64,000 nucleotides of DNA from Gemmatimonadales bacterium. GTDB lineage: Bacteria > Gemmatimonadota > Gemmatimonadetes > Gemmatimonadales > GWC2-71-9. How positions within the stretch are numbered: the first letter of the stretch is position 1; every line of letters begins with the position of its first letter. Made by a program: the position numbers and the translations under genes. Under the pieces are notes generated by a model that saw only the letters and a program-made list of their open reading frames with translations, searched no databases and was not told the origin of the DNA. The stretch covers positions 757 through 64,756 of the forward strand of contig DATIWU010000062.1 of the NCBI GenBank assembly GCA_035519195.1. Reading direction: 5' to 3'. Shown piece by piece: positions 62,960 to 64,000 of this stretch.

Positions 62960-63987
62960 GAGGCGGCACCCCCGGTCCGTCGCAGTTCGAACAATTCAAT
63001 CTCCGGTGGCACGAACACTCTGATCGGCACGCCCACGACCCCAATCCCCCGGCTCACGTAGAGCTGGCTCGCCGCGCGCTGGAAATGCCCCATCACGTAC
63101 TTCGTGATGAGGCGCCCGGCCGACCACCCAACGAGCGGAAGGTAAAACTGCCCGCCGTGAATATGACCGGCTAGCGTGAGGGGAATCCCGCGCGGCACCG
63201 CGGAATCCCACGCGCCCGGCCGGTGCGCCAGGAGAATCTTGAACGCCTCCGGCGGAGCGCCCCGCAACGCAGCGTCCACGTATTCGGGTTGGGGATCGTC
63301 GGCCTTCCAGTTTTCGGGGTCGTCGATGCCGAGGATGGCGAGCAGGGCCCCGCCGCGTTCGATCACGTGGCAGCGATTGTTCAGAAAAATCTGTCCTGCG
63401 TGCTTCACTCCGTGCGTCACGGCCTCGGCGCCCGCGTAGTGATCGTGGTTGCCCAGCACCGTTACACAGCCGAGCGGCGCCCACAGATCCCGAAAGGCGC
63501 GAACGTACGAGGGGATGTATGACGTCGAGCTGTCGATCATGTCGCCGGTCTGGAGGATCAGGTCGGGGCGCAACGCACTCGCCTGCGCCACGATCTCCTG
63601 CATCTTGTCGAACCCGAGGTGCGGTCCGGCGTGCAGATCCGATATGTGGAGCACGCGGAGACCATCGAATGCCGCGGGGAGATCCGGAAACACGAGCGTG
63701 CGGCGCGTGATGCTCGGCAGCGCGTACGCGGTCCAGATGCCGTACGCCGAGAGGGCCGCGCCGGCGGCCGCGTAGGTGTACGTGGCGCGGGCCAGAAATT
63801 GCCGGCGTGACACCCGAACGTCGGGCGCGTCGGACAATTCGAAGGCGACCAACGGATCGACCTCCCCACGGACCCGGCGTTCCGCCGCGCCGACGACCCA
63901 GAGCACGCCTTTCGTGAGCAGATAGAGCGCGACGAAGGCGGCGAACATCCATCCCAAGAGCTGCCACGCGACGAACGGTCCGATCAT
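62956..63987 (-). CDS. membrane-anchored metallophosphoesterase
   Basis: HISDLHAG, TGDMID, LGNHD and GHIHGG motifs. Two N-terminal TM segments. ATGA-type overlap with the downstream gene. Confidence 0.8.
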   Translation of the reverse strand: MIGPFVAWQLLGWMFAAFVALYLLTKGVLWVVGAAERRVRGEVDPLVAFELSDAPDVRVSRRQFLARATYTYAAAGAALSAYGIWTAYALPSITRRTLVFPDLPAAFDGLRVLHISDLHAGPHLGFDKMQEIVAQASALRPDLILQTGDMIDSSTSYIPSYVRAFRDLWAPLGCVTVLGNHDHYAGAEAVTHGVKHAGQIFLNNRCHVIERGGALLAILGIDDPENWKADDPQPEYVDAALRGAPPEAFKILLAHRPGAWDSAVPRGIPLTLAGHIHGGQFYLPLVGWSAGRLITKYVMGHFQRAASQLYVSRGIGVVGVPIRVFVPPEIELFELRRTGGAAS

Positions 63988-64000
63988 GGGAATCCAGGTC

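Noticed and set aside
1-64000. Search for a defence island, prophage, integron, toxin-antitoxin pair, or rRNA/tRNA genes
   Set aside because: I saw no integrase, transposase, nuclease/helicase defence-type genes, att-like repeats or tRNA-like cloverleaf sequence in the intergenic regions I read. The window looks like core chromosome. tRNAscan/Infernal and defence-system HMMs were not run.

Overview
Very GC-rich bacterial chromosomal segment (GC visibly above 65%, not computed). It is densely packed, with about 65 CDS, many joined by ATGA/GTGA stop-start overlaps. I recognised no rRNA, tRNA, CRISPR array, transposase, integrase or prophage genes. Long antisense ORFs in the six-frame track look like GC artefacts. 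Content from left to right:
- (1) A gapless 12-kb plus-strand gene train: asnB, an HD hydrolase, a PLD/cardiolipin-synthase-like gene, an ECF sigma with a membrane partner, a CpxP/Spy-like protein, then a TolC + split MacB-type ABC pump with two tandem adaptor paralogs.
- (2) A redox cluster: a cytochrome c fused to a barrel-like domain, a cytochrome b + Moco oxidoreductase pair, and an FAD reductase.
- (3) Housekeeping genes: uppS, PhzF-like, EamA, M1 and S9 peptidases, fabH and a long-type fabI.
- (4) A three-subunit Mo-hydroxylase whose FAD subunit carries a 4-Cys insertion like 4-hydroxybenzoyl-CoA reductase.
- (5) A PadR gene divergent from a haem-oxygenase-like enzyme that is coupled to a PAS hybrid histidine kinase.
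- (6) A second ECF sigma / anti-sigma / double-PDZ module, a VIT1 transporter, leuS and an MCP.
- (7) Two porin loci, a serA / class-V aminotransferase operon, and argC-argB-argD plus a short GNAT.
- (8) An envelope operon (GT2 plus an orphan zf-HC2 protein), an Omp85-like barrel, saccharopine dehydrogenase and a metallophosphoesterase.
The most interesting signal is unannotated. At 52371-52568 a near-consensus promoter sets a leaderless 30-codon ORF containing five consecutive Cys codons (MQPRARLVCCCCCRR...). Three mutually exclusive helices follow, ending in a canonical intrinsic terminator, directly upstream of an OprO/P-type anion porin and a TauE/SafE (TSUP) permease. This looks like a cysteine-sensing ribosome-mediated attenuator controlling a two-membrane sulfur-anion uptake route. 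All family assignments come from reading the translations, not from database searches.
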